This document shows positions 20,618 to 31,286 of a stretch of 64,000 nucleotides of DNA, piece by piece; the first letter of the stretch is position 1, and each line of letters begins with the position of its first letter. A program made the position numbers and the translations under genes. Under the pieces are notes generated by a model, which saw only the letters and a program-made list of their open reading frames with translations, was not told where the DNA came from and did no database searches. The stretch is from an uncultured bacterium (GTDB lineage: Bacteria; Pseudomonadota; Gammaproteobacteria; Burkholderiales; JACQAP01), in NCBI GenBank assembly GCA_965233135.1, contig CBDDRM010000028.1, positions 100,331 through 164,330 of the forward strand, given 5' to 3'.

Positions 20618-22345
20618 ATGAAGAAAAGAAAGCGCGCTGAGGAGTTGCGCAGCCATCGCTGGTATGGTGCCCAGGATCTGCGCTCCTTCGGACATCGCTC
20701 GCGCACCCTGCAAATGGGTTTCGCTCACGAGGATTACAAAGGCAAGCCGGTTATCGCCATCATCAACACCTGGAGTGACATCAATAATTGTCATTCCCAT
20801 TTCCGCCAGCGTGCCGAGGAAGTCAAGCGCGGCGTGTGGCAGGCCGGCGGCTATCCGCTGGAAATGCCGGCCATTGCCCTGGCGGAAGTCTTCCAGAAGC
20901 CAACCACGATGATGTACCGCAACTTTCTTGCGATGGAGACCGAGGAGTTGCTGCGCTCCTACCCGGTAGATGGCTGCGTGCTGATGGGCGGTTGCGACAA
21001 GACTACGCCGGGCTTGCTGATGGGCGCAATCAGCATGAATTTGCCCGGGATTTTCATGCCCGCAGGCCCGATGCTGCGGGGCAACTGGCGCGGCAAGACA
21101 CTCGGTTCAGGCTCGGACGTCTGGAAGTACTGGGACGAGTTGCGCGCGGGCCGGATTGATGAAGGCGACTGGAAGGAAATCGAACAAGGCATCGCGCGCT
21201 CCGCCGGCACGTGCATGACCATGGGGACTGCATCGACCATGACCGGCGTGGCCGAAGCACTCGGCTTCAGCCTGCCGAATGCGTCGACGATTCCCGCGGT
21301 GGATTCGAACCACAGCCGCATGGCCGACTACACGGGTCGGCGCATCGTCGACATGGTCTGGGAGGATCTCAAGCCGAGCGATATCCTGACCGACAAGTCT
21401 TTCGACAACGCCATCCGCGTGTTGATGGCGCTGGGCGGCTCGACCAATGGTCTGATCCACGTGATCGCGATGGCCGGACGCGCCGGCATAAAGATAGCGC
21501 TGGAGCGCTTCGAGCAGATTGGTCAGCGCACACCGTACCTCGTCAATATGCGCCCATCGGGAAAGTATCTGATGGAGGATTTCTATTACGCCGGCGGATT
21601 GGCCGGCATGCTCGAAGGCATGCGCGAAATGCTGGATGTCGATCAGCTTACCTGCACCGGCAAGAGCCTCGGCGAGAATATCGCGGGAGCGAAAATTCAT
21701 GACGCGGACGTGATCCGCACGCCCGCGAATCCGATGCAGCCCGAGGGAGGGCTGATTGTCCTACGTGGCAATCTCGCCCCCGACGGGGCGGTCATCAAGT
21801 CCACGGCCGCCGATCCGCGCTTGCTCAAGCACGTCGGGCGCGCAATGGTGTTCGACGATTACAACGACATGGCTGCCCGCCTTGACGATCCTGACCTTGA
21901 TGTCGATGCGGATTCAGTTCTGGTGCTGCGTAACGCCGGCCCGCTCGGTGGGCCGGGGATGCCCGAGTGGGGCATGCTGCCGATCCCGAAGAAATTATTG
22001 AAACAAGGCGTGCGCGACATGGTGCGCATTTCCGACGCGCGCATGAGCGGCACCAGTTATGGAACCTGCGTGCTGCATGTGTCCCCGGAATCCTGGATCG
22101 GCGGGCCGCTCGCGCTGGTGAAAACCGGCGATATGATCGAGCTCGATGTGCCAGGTCGCAAACTCACGCTGAAGGTCAGCGAGGAAGAACTGACAATCCG
22201 GCGCGCCGCCTGGAAACCGCACACCAGGAAATTCCCGCGCGGTTACGGCCGCATTTTCTCGCAACATGTGTCGCAAGCCGACAAGGGCTGCGATTTCGAT
22301 TTTCTGGAAGGAAACGACGCCGTTCCGGAACCAGAGATACACTGA
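20618..22345 (+). CDS. IlvD/Edd-family dehydratase (sugar-acid or dihydroxy-acid dehydratase)
   Basis: RBS GAGGAG. It contains GKPVIAIINTWSD, GGCDKTTPG and ARSAGTCMTMGTAS (Fe-S Cys ligands) and SDARMSGTSYG. ~575 aa, resembling the arabonate/xylonate dehydratase subgroup. Confidence 0.85.
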   Translation: MKKRKRAEELRSHRWYGAQDLRSFGHRSRTLQMGFAHEDYKGKPVIAIINTWSDINNCHSHFRQRAEEVKRGVWQAGGYPLEMPAIALAEVFQKPTTMMYRNFLAMETEELLRSYPVDGCVLMGGCDKTTPGLLMGAISMNLPGIFMPAGPMLRGNWRGKTLGSGSDVWKYWDELRAGRIDEGDWKEIEQGIARSAGTCMTMGTASTMTGVAEALGFSLPNASTIPAVDSNHSRMADYTGRRIVDMVWEDLKPSDILTDKSFDNAIRVLMALGGSTNGLIHVIAMAGRAGIKIALERFEQIGQRTPYLVNMRPSGKYLMEDFYYAGGLAGMLEGMREMLDVDQLTCTGKSLGENIAGAKIHDADVIRTPANPMQPEGGLIVLRGNLAPDGAVIKSTAADPRLLKHVGRAMVFDDYNDMAARLDDPDLDVDADSVLVLRNAGPLGGPGMPEWGMLPIPKKLLKQGVRDMVRISDARMSGTSYGTCVLHVSPESWIGGPLALVKTGDMIELDVPGRKLTLKVSEEELTIRRAAWKPHTRKFPRGYGRIFSQHVSQADKGCDFDFLEGNDAVPEPEIH

Positions 22346-22400
22346 TCCGCTCTCTGACCAGGGGCCCAAGTCGAGAGAGTCAATCCGCGAGGCCGGCGCG

Positions 22401-22856
22401 TTATTTATGCAAGTCGTCGGTCCAGTGCACCGTCGACGGTTGCTCGGCTACGGGAATGTCGAGGTTCACCACGACGGGTTCCTGGCCCGAGCGCACCAGC
22501 ACGCACGACAACGGCTCTTCATCGGATGCATTGATCTCCTGGTGCGGCACGAAGGGCGGCACGTGAATGAAATCACCCGGACCGGCTTCGGCGACAAATT
22601 CCAGCCGGTCGCCCCAGCGCATGCGCGCTTTTCCGCTGACGACGTAGATGACGCTTTCGACCGGACCGTGATGATGCGCACCGGTCTTGGCCTTGGCATG
22701 AATCACGACAGTTCCCGCCCATAACTTCTCAGCGCCACAGCGCGCGTGCGTGATGGCTGCCGCGCGATTCATGCCCGGTGTCTGCGGCGTATTCGTGTCG
22801 AGCTCCGTGCTCTTTACAACGCGGATGCCGTGGTATTTCCATTTGGACTCGGTCAT
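22401..22856 (-). CDS. Cupin-domain protein
   Basis: 151 aa. It has a cupin metal motif-like stretch, GAHHHGPVESVIYVVSG...GDFIHVPPFVPHQE. Confidence 0.7.
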   Translation of the reverse strand: MTESKWKYHGIRVVKSTELDTNTPQTPGMNRAAAITHARCGAEKLWAGTVVIHAKAKTGAHHHGPVESVIYVVSGKARMRWGDRLEFVAEAGPGDFIHVPPFVPHQEINASDEEPLSCVLVRSGQEPVVVNLDIPVAEQPSTVHWTDDLHK

Positions 22857-22868
22857 CGGGTTCTCCTG

Positions 22869-23165
22869 TCAGCGGAACTGCAGCAAGGCCAGCAGCAGCA
22901 CGGTGGGAATGATGGTGTTGACCAGCGCCAGCGCGAACAATGGTCTGGGCTCGTGCTGGTTGGCCGTAAACTGGATGAAAGCGGTGATGCCTGAGACAGC
23001 GACCACCAGGCCACCCACGGCATAGAGTACGGAGAAGATCTGGAACTCGCCCTGGCGCTGAAAATAGGGCACCAGATTGAGTTGCCACACCAGATAGACC
23101 ACCAGCCCGATATTGGCCAGCAGTGGTAAGTAAAAAAGCAGGAATCGCTTGATTCTGCCGGTCAC
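22869..23165 (-). CDS. Small integral membrane protein (3 predicted TM helices)
   Basis: GTG at 23165 lies behind GGGAG. The protein is hydrophobic (FLLFYLPLLANIGLVVYLVW..., GGLVVAVSGITAFIQF..., IIPTVLLLALLQF). The longer upstream extension would overlap the preceding gene. Confidence 0.5.
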   Translation of the reverse strand: MTGRIKRFLLFYLPLLANIGLVVYLVWQLNLVPYFQRQGEFQIFSVLYAVGGLVVAVSGITAFIQFTANQHEPRPLFALALVNTIIPTVLLLALLQFR

Positions 23166-23202
23166 GGCTGCTTGACTCCCTCGCTTTGCGTTGCGCCCGT
23201 CA

Positions 23203-26136
23203 TCAGTGCAGGGCCCGGTGCAGTACCTGGGCGACGTGAAGCGCGTTGCGGCCCGCACCTTCCTGAATCTGATGCCGGCAACTCGTGCCATCGGCGATAA
23301 TCAGCGTTTCGGGTGGTGCCGCGCGCACCGCCGGCAGCAGGGCTGCTTCTGCCATCTTCACGCTCACATCGAAATGCTCAGCCTCGTATCCGAAGCTGCC
23401 GGCCATGCCGCAGCAACTCGATGTTATCGTGTCAACGGTCAATCCCGGAACCAGCGCAAGCACGCGACGCACTGCCGGCATGACATCGAAGGCTTTCTGA
23501 TGGCAATGCCCGTGCAGCAGGGCCGCGTTCGCGCCGACGTTGCCAAGATTAAGCCGCAGCGTGCCGGCTTCATCTTGCGCGGCGAGGAATTCCTCGAACA
23601 GCAAGGCATGCGCGGCAAGCTGCAACGCGTCCTCGCCAAGGCCCAGCGCAAGAAACTCGTCACGCAGCGTAAGCAAACACGACGGTTCCAGCCCGATCAC
23701 GGGCACGTTGCGTTCGACATAAGGACGCAGTGCCTCGATCACGCGCTGTGCTTCCACGCGCGCCTGAGGCACCAGACCAGTTGCAAGAAACGTTCTGCCA
23801 CAGCACAGCGCACGGCCGTTGTCGGCCGGCTGTGCGATGTGGACCTGGTAGCCTGCCGCCGACAGAACCGCACGTGCGGCGCGCACGTTGTCGGGCTCGA
23901 ACCAGCGCGAGAAAGTATCGACGAACAGCACCACGTCGCGATGCCCATCCGCGGGCGCCGCGGCTTGTGCCGGGTCGGCGTACGGCCGCGATGCCCAGCG
24001 CGGCAACCGCCGGCGCGCGCTCAGGCCCAGCGCTTTTTCGGTAAGCCAGGCGATGCCAGGGACCCTGTCGCGCAGGTTCAAAAGCGGGGCAAGCTTCGAG
24101 GCGACAGCGGCATAGTGCGGCAGATAGGCGACCAATTTCTGGCGCAACGAAAGACCGTGCCGCTTGCCGTAATGATGCTGGAATTCTATTTTCATGCGCG
24201 CCATGTCGATGCCGGTAGGGCATTCGCGGCGGCAACCCTTGCAACTCACACATAACGCCATGGTATCGCGCAGGGCGTCCGAAACCAGCGCGTCGCGGCC
24301 GAGCTGGCCCGAAAGCGCGAGACGCAGCGTATTGGCGCGGCCGCGGGTCAGATGCTGCTCGTCGCCCGTCGCACGAAACGACGGACACATGGTACCGGCG
24401 TCGAACTTGCGGCAATGCCCATTGTTGTTGCACATCTCCACGGCGGGCGCGTAACCGCCCCAGGCGGACCAGTCCAGGACTGTGTCGACGGCCTGAGCCA
24501 TGTAGCCGGGCTTGTAGCGAAACAGGCTGCGATCATCCATGCGCGTGGGTCGCACGATCTTGCCGGGATTCATCAAGCTTTTCGGGTCGAGCAGCCCCTT
24601 GATCTCGGCCAGCGCTGCGGTCAGGCGCGCTCCCAGAATCGGCTCGATCCATTCGGAGCGCACCAGCCCGTCGCCGTGCTCGCCGGAAAAAGCACCCTTG
24701 AACTCACGCACGAGCGCGCAGGCTTCCTCGGCGATCGCGCGCATTTTCTCGGCGCCATCGCGACGCATGTCGAGCACCGGGCGCACATGCAAGGTTCCCA
24801 CCGAAGCATGGGCATACCACGTGCCGCGCGTGCCATGTTTCTCGAAAACCTGCGTCAAGCGGTCGGTATACTCGGCGAGGTGCTCCAGCGGCACCGCGCA
24901 ATCTTCGATGAAGGATACGGGTTTGCCGTCGCCCTTCATGGACATCATGATATTGAGACCGGCCTTGCGTACTTCCCAGACCTCCTTTTGCAAGGACGGC
25001 TCGAGTATCTGCACCACGCTGCCAGGCAGGCCCAGATCGCCCATCAATTCCGCCAGGCGCGCGAGCCGCTCGACCAGCGCCTGCCGCTCCGTGCCGGCAA
25101 ATTCGACCAGCAAAACCGCTTCGGGCGCGCCGTGCAGGAATCTGTCGACGACCGGGCGGAACACGGCGTTGCCGCGCGCCAGGTCAATCATGGTGCGATC
25201 CACGAGTTCCACGGCGTCGGGATCGAGCGTGACGATGTGCTGCGTCAGATCCATCGCCTGATAGAAGGTCGGGAAATGCACCACCCCCAACACTTTGTGG
25301 GCCGGGATCGGGGAGAGCTTCAGCGTGATGGATTTTGAAAACGCCAGGGTACCTTCGGAGCCGACCAGCAGATGCGCCAGATTGTGCGCCAAGGGCCGGG
25401 CCTCGCTGCCGGGACGAATCATGTCCAGGTTATAGCCCTGCACACGGCGCAGCACATCGGGCCAGCGCTGCGCGATCTCGTCGGCTTCGCGCCGTACAAT
25501 GGCGTGGAGTCTTTCCACCAGCGCGCGATAACTTGCAGGCGCGCCCGCGAGTTCGCTGCTGGGACCAAAGCGGAACTCTTCTCCGCCGCTGAGCCACGCG
25601 TCCACGCTGATGACGTTATGCACCATGTTGCCATAGCGTATCGAGCGCGAGCCGCAGGAATTGTTGCCTGCCATACCGCCAAGCGTGGCCTGTGCCGAAG
25701 TCGAAACATCCACCGGGAACCAAAGGTTGTGCGCGCGCAAGCGGGCATTCAACTGATCGAGCACCACCCCGGGCTGCACCGTGGCTTCGCGCGCCGCGAC
25801 ATCGACTTCGATAACCTGGTTGAGGTATTTGGAGCAATCGATGACCAGCGCCGCGCCCACCGTTTGTCCGCACTGCGAGGTGCCGGCGCCCCGCGCAAGT
25901 ATCGGCACCTCCTGGTCGGCTGCAATCTGCAGTGCCGCGCGCGCATCGTCTTGCGTTCGCGGAATCACCACCCCGATGGGATCGATCTGGTAGATGGAGG
26001 CATCGGTGGCATAGCGGCCGCGCGAAAACGCGTCGAACCATACGTCGCCCTGGAGATTTGCGCGCAGCAGGCGTTCGAGCGGGTGGTGCACGCGCGCCGG
26101 AGGATGAAACTGGAGTGGTATCGCGGAAGCGTTCAT
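23203..26136 (-). CDS. FAD-linked oxidase fused to 4Fe-4S and CCG (GlcF/HdrD-like) domains, YdiJ-like D-2-hydroxyacid dehydrogenase
   Basis: ~977 aa from MNASAIPL. It has an N-terminal PCMH FAD domain (PILARGAGTSQCGQ), a central CxxCxxCxxxCP motif (CVSCKGCRRECP) and a C-terminal CCG motif (SSCCGMAGSFGYE). Confidence 0.8.
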   Translation of the reverse strand: MNASAIPLQFHPPARVHHPLERLLRANLQGDVWFDAFSRGRYATDASIYQIDPIGVVIPRTQDDARAALQIAADQEVPILARGAGTSQCGQTVGAALVIDCSKYLNQVIEVDVAAREATVQPGVVLDQLNARLRAHNLWFPVDVSTSAQATLGGMAGNNSCGSRSIRYGNMVHNVISVDAWLSGGEEFRFGPSSELAGAPASYRALVERLHAIVRREADEIAQRWPDVLRRVQGYNLDMIRPGSEARPLAHNLAHLLVGSEGTLAFSKSITLKLSPIPAHKVLGVVHFPTFYQAMDLTQHIVTLDPDAVELVDRTMIDLARGNAVFRPVVDRFLHGAPEAVLLVEFAGTERQALVERLARLAELMGDLGLPGSVVQILEPSLQKEVWEVRKAGLNIMMSMKGDGKPVSFIEDCAVPLEHLAEYTDRLTQVFEKHGTRGTWYAHASVGTLHVRPVLDMRRDGAEKMRAIAEEACALVREFKGAFSGEHGDGLVRSEWIEPILGARLTAALAEIKGLLDPKSLMNPGKIVRPTRMDDRSLFRYKPGYMAQAVDTVLDWSAWGGYAPAVEMCNNNGHCRKFDAGTMCPSFRATGDEQHLTRGRANTLRLALSGQLGRDALVSDALRDTMALCVSCKGCRRECPTGIDMARMKIEFQHHYGKRHGLSLRQKLVAYLPHYAAVASKLAPLLNLRDRVPGIAWLTEKALGLSARRRLPRWASRPYADPAQAAAPADGHRDVVLFVDTFSRWFEPDNVRAARAVLSAAGYQVHIAQPADNGRALCCGRTFLATGLVPQARVEAQRVIEALRPYVERNVPVIGLEPSCLLTLRDEFLALGLGEDALQLAAHALLFEEFLAAQDEAGTLRLNLGNVGANAALLHGHCHQKAFDVMPAVRRVLALVPGLTVDTITSSCCGMAGSFGYEAEHFDVSVKMAEAALLPAVRAAPPETLIIADGTSCRHQIQEGAGRNALHVAQVLHRALH

Positions 26137-26251
26137 GCAGACCAACCGCCCTCGGTGTACAAGCTGCGATGATACCCGAGGCTGCGGCGCACGCGCTTGT
26201 GACGGGCGTGCATTTTGAGTAGGCTCATTGCTCTTTCTCCGGACACCAGCC

Positions 26252-27454
26252 ATGCCTTACCGCAGCGGACGTCATTTTCTGCAGATACCCGGCCCGACCA
26301 ACGTGCCCGACCGCATTCTGCGCGCCATGGATCGACCCACGATCGACCACCGCGGCCCCGCTTTCGCGCAACTCGGTCGAGAGGTGCTGGAAGGGCTCAA
26401 GGCGGTATTTCGTACCAGCGCGCCAGTCATCATTTATCCGGCATCGGGAACGGGCGCATGGGAAGCAGCGCTGGTCAATACGCTGTCCGCCGGCGATCGC
26501 GTGCTGATGGCGGAGACCGGTCAGTTTGCGACGCTGTGGCAGAAGCTCGCGACACGCCTGGGGCTGGTCGTGGATTTTATTCCCGGCGACTGGCGCCACG
26601 GCGCCGACGTGCAGGCGATCGAGCGCGTGCTGGCGCAGGACCGCGAGCGCATCATCAAGGCGGTGTGTGTGGTACACAACGAGACTTCGACCGGGGTAGT
26701 AAGCCGTATTCCGCTCGTGCGCGACGCGCTTGCGCGCTGTGCTCATCCGGCGCTGCTGCTGGTCGACACGATTTCGTCGCTGGGATCGATCGATTATCGC
26801 CATGACGAATGGGGCGTCGATGTCACGGTCGCCGGTTCCCAGAAAGGCCTGATGCTGCCCCCTGGACTGAGCTTCAACGCAGTGAGCAGCAAGGCGCTGG
26901 CAGCCGCAAAAAGCGCGCGCCTGCCGCGCAGTTATTTCAGCTGGGACGAAATGCTCGGCCCGAATAGTTCCGGCTTCTTTCCCTACACGCCCGCCACGAA
27001 TTTGCTGTACGGTCTGCGCGAGGCGCTGCATATGTTGCAGGAAGAAGGCCTGGAGAACGTGTTTGCGCGCCACGCCCGCCATGGCGAAGCCACGCGCGCA
27101 GCCGTGCGCGCATGGGGATTGGAGATCCTCTGCGCGGAGCCTGCCGAGTACAGCAACGCGCTCACCGCGGTACTGCTGCCCTCCGGGCAGGATGCAGACA
27201 AGGTCAGGCAAATCATCCTCGAGCGTTTCGACATGTCGCTCGGCGCTGGGCTGGGAAAGCTGCAGGGTAGAATTTTCCGCATCGGTCACCTCGGTGATTT
27301 CAATGATCTGACCCTGGCGGCGACCCTGTGCGGCGTCGAAATGGGGTTGCGGCTCGCGGGCGTGCCCATGCGCAGGGACGGCGTGGCCGCAGCACTCGAT
27401 TATCTGGCGCAATCCGGCGCGCAGCCGGCCGCGGCGCGCGTACGACTCGCCTGA
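26252..27454 (+). CDS. Class-V aminotransferase, serine-glyoxylate/alanine-glyoxylate (AGXT) type
   Basis: MPYRSGRHFLQIPGPTNVPDRILRAM..., HNETSTGV, and the PLP Lys in GSQKGLMLPPG. It is divergent from the YdiJ-like gene. Confidence 0.85.
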   Translation: MPYRSGRHFLQIPGPTNVPDRILRAMDRPTIDHRGPAFAQLGREVLEGLKAVFRTSAPVIIYPASGTGAWEAALVNTLSAGDRVLMAETGQFATLWQKLATRLGLVVDFIPGDWRHGADVQAIERVLAQDRERIIKAVCVVHNETSTGVVSRIPLVRDALARCAHPALLLVDTISSLGSIDYRHDEWGVDVTVAGSQKGLMLPPGLSFNAVSSKALAAAKSARLPRSYFSWDEMLGPNSSGFFPYTPATNLLYGLREALHMLQEEGLENVFARHARHGEATRAAVRAWGLEILCAEPAEYSNALTAVLLPSGQDADKVRQIILERFDMSLGAGLGKLQGRIFRIGHLGDFNDLTLAATLCGVEMGLRLAGVPMRRDGVAAALDYLAQSGAQPAAARVRLA

Positions 27455-27478
27455 CGTTCTGCCCTGCGGGCGCATCCC

Positions 27479-28186
27479 ATGCTGTTCCAGATACCGCACC
27501 GGCTCCTGGTCATCGGGCTCGGCGTATTGCTGGCCATTGAGTTCGTCGCGCTGGGAATCGCGCCCCACGACCGCAAGGACTGGTTGCTGGAAAATGTGCT
27601 GGTGGTGGTGTTCGTCGGCGCAATGTTTGCGAGCTACCGTAAGCTCACGTTGTCGAGAACGGCCTATACCCTGATTTTCCTGTTCCTCGCGTTGCACCTG
27701 GTCGGCGCCCATCACACCTATTCGCAAGTGCCTTACGATCGCTGGTTCGCGTCGCTGACCGGTCGCTCGCTCAATGGCCTGCTAAATTGGGAACGCAATA
27801 ATTTCGATCGTGTGGTGCACTTTGCCTATGGTTTGCTGCTGGCCTATCCGATACGCGAAATATTCCAGCGTGTGATCCGGTTGCGCGGTTTCTGGAGTTA
27901 TTTTTTTCCGCTCGACATCGCAATGTCCACGTCGATGCTCTACGAACTGATCGAATGGGCGGCGGCGAGCTTCTTCGGCGGCGAGCTTGGCCAGGCTTAT
28001 CTGGGCACTCAGGGAGATGTCTGGGATGCCCACAAGGACATGGCGCTGGCCAGTCTGGGCGCGCTGATCGCGATGCTGATCACGGCCGGTGTCAACCTGC
28101 GCAGCCAGCGCGACTTCGCGGTGGAATGGAATGAAAGCCTGCGCGTCAAACACAGCCGCGTGCCGACGCACGCTGATCCCGCTTAG
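27479..28186 (+). CDS. DUF2238 (YjdF-like) inner-membrane protein
   Basis: 235 aa, multi-TM. GAHHTYSQVPY and ERNNFDRVVHFAYG are typical of the YjdF family. Confidence 0.65.
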   Translation: MLFQIPHRLLVIGLGVLLAIEFVALGIAPHDRKDWLLENVLVVVFVGAMFASYRKLTLSRTAYTLIFLFLALHLVGAHHTYSQVPYDRWFASLTGRSLNGLLNWERNNFDRVVHFAYGLLLAYPIREIFQRVIRLRGFWSYFFPLDIAMSTSMLYELIEWAAASFFGGELGQAYLGTQGDVWDAHKDMALASLGALIAMLITAGVNLRSQRDFAVEWNESLRVKHSRVPTHADPA

Positions 28187-28195
28187 GCCATCGGT

Positions 28196-29218
28196 TCAGC
28201 GCGCAGTATTGGCCGGCGCGACCACCGGGTCGGATGTGGCGGCCCGGCCCAGGCGATCGCGTAACGCCATCCATTCAGGCAACTCGGGCAATTCCTCGAC
28301 CACGATCAGGCGGCAACCGGACACATCGAGCCTTCGCAGCGTGGCATAGAGCAGGCGCGCATAATTCCCTGGCGCATCCGGCGCGACTTGCCACAGCGTC
28401 GCCTTCGATTCGGCCGGCCGTCCGCGGCGCGCAAGCACGGCGACCGGCGTGCCCGCGCGGCTGCGCAGATAGTTCTCGATCTGGTCGGGCGCCACGATTT
28501 TCAGCGGCAGGTTAGGCGCGTAATGCGACTCGAGCGAACCGGACACGCGCGGGCGGCCCGCGGCCGATCCAGCCAGGGGCGCAGCCAATGCCTCGGCGAT
28601 CTGCTGCGCGCTGATGTGCCCCGGACGCAATACGGCCGGCGTTTCGCGTGTGAAATCGACAATGGTCGACTCGATGCCGACCTCGCAGGCGCCGCCATCG
28701 AGCACGAGATCCACGGCCTCGCCCAGTTCCTCGCGCACATGCGCTGCCGTGGTGGGCGACAGACGTCCAAAGCGATTGGCCGATGGCGCGGCGATGCCGC
28801 CAGCGAATGCCTTGAGCAATTGCTGGGCGACAGGATGCGACGGCACGCGCACACCAACGGTGTCCTGCCCGCCCGTGATGAGATCACTGACCTGCGCGGC
28901 GCGGCGCAGCACCATGGTGAGGGGGCCCGGCCAGAATTTCTCTGCCAGCACCCATGCGCCGCGCGGCACCTCGGCCGCCCAGTGCTTCAGCTCGCTGGTG
29001 CCGCTGACATGCACGATCACCGGGTGATCCGCCGGACGCCCCTTGGCCGCAAAGAGCTTGCGCACTGCCGCCGTGTTGGATGCGTCCGCGCCCAGGCCGT
29101 AAACAGTTTCTGTCGGAAATGCCACCAGAGCGCCAGCGCGCAGCAGGCGAGCGGCGCGCTCGATTTCATCCTCGCTGACCATGGCACCGAATTCCGGGCG
29201 GGCGCGTGGCATATTCAT
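28196..29218 (-). CDS. L-threonylcarbamoyladenylate synthase, Sua5 type (YrdC domain + Sua5 C-domain)
   Basis: [18 protein letters not shown]...[13 protein letters not shown]...[16 protein letters not shown]. The start is ambiguous (29218, 29212 or 29182). The long 5' extension in the ORF track overlaps purC. Confidence 0.85.
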   Translation of the reverse strand: MNMPRARPEFGAMVSEDEIERAARLLRAGALVAFPTETVYGLGADASNTAAVRKLFAAKGRPADHPVIVHVSGTSELKHWAAEVPRGAWVLAEKFWPGPLTMVLRRAAQVSDLITGGQDTVGVRVPSHPVAQQLLKAFAGGIAAPSANRFGRLSPTTAAHVREELGEAVDLVLDGGACEVGIESTIVDFTRETPAVLRPGHISAQQIAEALAAPLAGSAAGRPRVSGSLESHYAPNLPLKIVAPDQIENYLRSRAGTPVAVLARRGRPAESKATLWQVAPDAPGNYARLLYATLRRLDVSGCRLIVVEELPELPEWMALRDRLGRAATSDPVVAPANTAR

Positions 29219-30117
29219 GCCGTCAAGAGGCGCAAGGCTTCCTGGTATTTGTCGAGAGTCTTGCGCAGCACCTCGTCGGGCAGCGCAGGCGCAGGCGGCT
29301 GTTTGTTCCAGTGGCGGGCCTCGAGCCAGTCGCGCACGAACTGCTTGTCGAAAGACGGCGGACTGATGCCGATGCGGTACTGGTCTTTGGGCCAAAAGCG
29401 GGAGGAATCGGGTGTTAACGCTTCGTCAATCAGAAACAGCGTGCCCGCGGCGTCCTGGCCGAACTCGAATTTTGTATCCGCAATGATGATGCCATGCTCT
29501 GCGGCGTAGGCAGCGGCCTGCGTGTACAACTGCGTAGCCTTGTCGCGAACCTGGTTCGCAAGCTGCGCACCGATCAGGCGCTGCATCTGCTCGAACGCAA
29601 TGTTCTCGTCGTGCGCGCCGATAGCAGCCTTGGTCGAAGGCGTGAATATCGGTTCGGGCAATTGCTCGGCCTCCCGCATGCCCGGCGGCAGCGCGATGCC
29701 GCAGATCGTTCCGCTCTTGCAATAATCTTTCCAGCCCGAACCGGCCAGATAGCCGCGCACGATGGCTTCGATCGGCAATGGCTTGAGTCGGCGCACGACG
29801 AAGGCGCGCCCCTCGACCTGCGGGCGCTCCTCGGCTGCAACGACCGTTTCGGGTGCAGCGGAGAGCAGGTGATTGGGTATCACGTGTGCGAGTTTCTGGA
29901 ACCAGAAATTCGACATGGCCGTCAGCAGCCGCCCTTTGCCGGGAACCGGCGTGGGCAGGACTACGTCGAACGCCGACAACCGGTCGGTTTGCACGATCAA
30001 CAGGCGTTCAGCATCCACCGCGTAGATATCGCGCACCTTGCCGCGGTGAAGCAGCTCGAGGGACTGGATGTGGGTTTCGAGCACTGCGTTTGCAGTTTCC
30101 AAGCGAGCATTCTCCAC
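29215..30117 (-). CDS. purC: Phosphoribosylaminoimidazole-succinocarboxamide synthase
   Basis: [14 protein letters not shown]...[13 protein letters not shown]...FTPSTKA...[13 protein letters not shown] at 30117 is assumed and lies 2 nt after the purK stop. The start is approximate. Confidence 0.9.
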   Translation of the reverse strand: MENARLETANAVLETHIQSLELLHRGKVRDIYAVDAERLLIVQTDRLSAFDVVLPTPVPGKGRLLTAMSNFWFQKLAHVIPNHLLSAAPETVVAAEERPQVEGRAFVVRRLKPLPIEAIVRGYLAGSGWKDYCKSGTICGIALPPGMREAEQLPEPIFTPSTKAAIGAHDENIAFEQMQRLIGAQLANQVRDKATQLYTQAAAYAAEHGIIIADTKFEFGQDAAGTLFLIDEALTPDSSRFWPKDQYRIGISPPSFDKQFVRDWLEARHWNKQPPAPALPDEVLRKTLDKYQEALRLLTA

Positions 30118-30119
30118 GT

Positions 30120-31286
30120 TCAAGCCACGTCGGCCGCGCGCCGGCACTGCGCGTGCGCCAGCAGGGTCGCCTTGATTTCCATCGCCGTGCCGAGCGCGGC
30201 CTCGACGTTGTCCGCGAGTACGGTGAAATGACCCATCTTGCGGCCGGCACGCGCCTCGGTTTTGCCATACAAGTGCAGCTTTGCGCGGGCATGGCGCAGC
30301 ACATGCTCCCAGCGGGGCTCGCCAGCGGCCCACACATCGCCCAGCAGATTAACCATTACCGCGGGACAGTGCATGGCGCTATCGCCCAGCGGCAGGTTGC
30401 ACAACACCCGCGCCTGCTGTTCGAACTGGGACGTGATGCAAGCGTCGATGGTGAAGTGACCGCTGTTGTGCGGACGCGGTGCGATTTCATTGACGACCAG
30501 CGCTCCGTCGGCCAGCACGAAAAACTCCACGCACAGCACGCCGCGGTAATCCAGCCTCTCTGCCACTTTGATGGCCGCCGCGCGTGCGGCGAGCGCCAGC
30601 GCCTCGGATATTCGTGCCGGTACGATGCTGATATCGAGAATACCACCGGCATGGCGGTTCTCCGACACCGGATAGGCGACGACGGCATCGTCGAATCCGC
30701 GCGCCACGACCACAGAGACTTCGAGAGCCAGATCGACGTATTTTTCCAGCACGGATGCTTTGCCCCCCAACGCGTGGAAAGCGTTGCGCACATCCTCGGG
30801 CGTACTGACGCGAATCTGCCCCTTGCCGTCGTAGCCCAGGCGCGCGAGCTTGAGGATGCCGGGAAGCAGCGACGCAGTTTCTGGAGCGCGCAGGTCCGTC
30901 TCGTTTGCGATGACGGCAAATGGCGCCACGTCAAGCCCGTTGCCGGCCAGAAACGTTTTCTCGCGGATACGGTCCTGCGCGATGGCCACCGCGTCCGCGG
31001 ACGGACTGACCACACCGTGGCCGGCGAGGAACGCCAGGCTTTGTGCCGGCACGTTTTCGAACTCCGTGGTAGTCGCCGCGCAGCGACTCGCTATTTGCCG
31101 CAGCGCCTGCGGGTCCAGATAGTCGGCGCGCAGGTGCGCATCTGCCACGCTACCGGCCGGACTGTGGTCGCCCGGATCCAGCACCATGACCTTGTAGCCC
31201 ATGCTTTGCGCGGCCATGGTGAACATGCGACCGAGTTGCCCGCCGCCGAGCAGGCCGAGCCAGGAGCCGGGTGGAATCATGCTCAT
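30120..31286 (-). CDS. purK: 5-(carboxyamino)imidazole ribonucleotide synthase
   Basis: [13 protein letters not shown] and an ATP-grasp fold. 388 aa. It overlaps the purE stop by 4 nt. Confidence 0.92.
   Translation of the reverse strand: MSMIPPGSWLGLLGGGQLGRMFTMAAQSMGYKVMVLDPGDHSPAGSVADAHLRADYLDPQALRQIASRCAATTTEFENVPAQSLAFLAGHGVVSPSADAVAIAQDRIREKTFLAGNGLDVAPFAVIANETDLRAPETASLLPGILKLARLGYDGKGQIRVSTPEDVRNAFHALGGKASVLEKYVDLALEVSVVVARGFDDAVVAYPVSENRHAGGILDISIVPARISEALALAARAAAIKVAERLDYRGVLCVEFFVLADGALVVNEIAPRPHNSGHFTIDACITSQFEQQARVLCNLPLGDSAMHCPAVMVNLLGDVWAAGEPRWEHVLRHARAKLHLYGKTEARAGRKMGHFTVLADNVEAALGTAMEIKATLLAHAQCRRAADVA

Noticed and set aside
21301-21311. GGATTCGAACC, a T-arm-like word that might flag a tRNA.
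   Set aside because: It lies inside the IlvD/Edd-family CDS, no cloverleaf arms flank it, and the word differs from the GGTTCGAATCC consensus.
26225-27727. 500-aa minus-strand ORF.
   Set aside because: It is antisense to the AGXT-type aminotransferase and the DUF2238 gene and spans their intergenic gap. It has no motifs.
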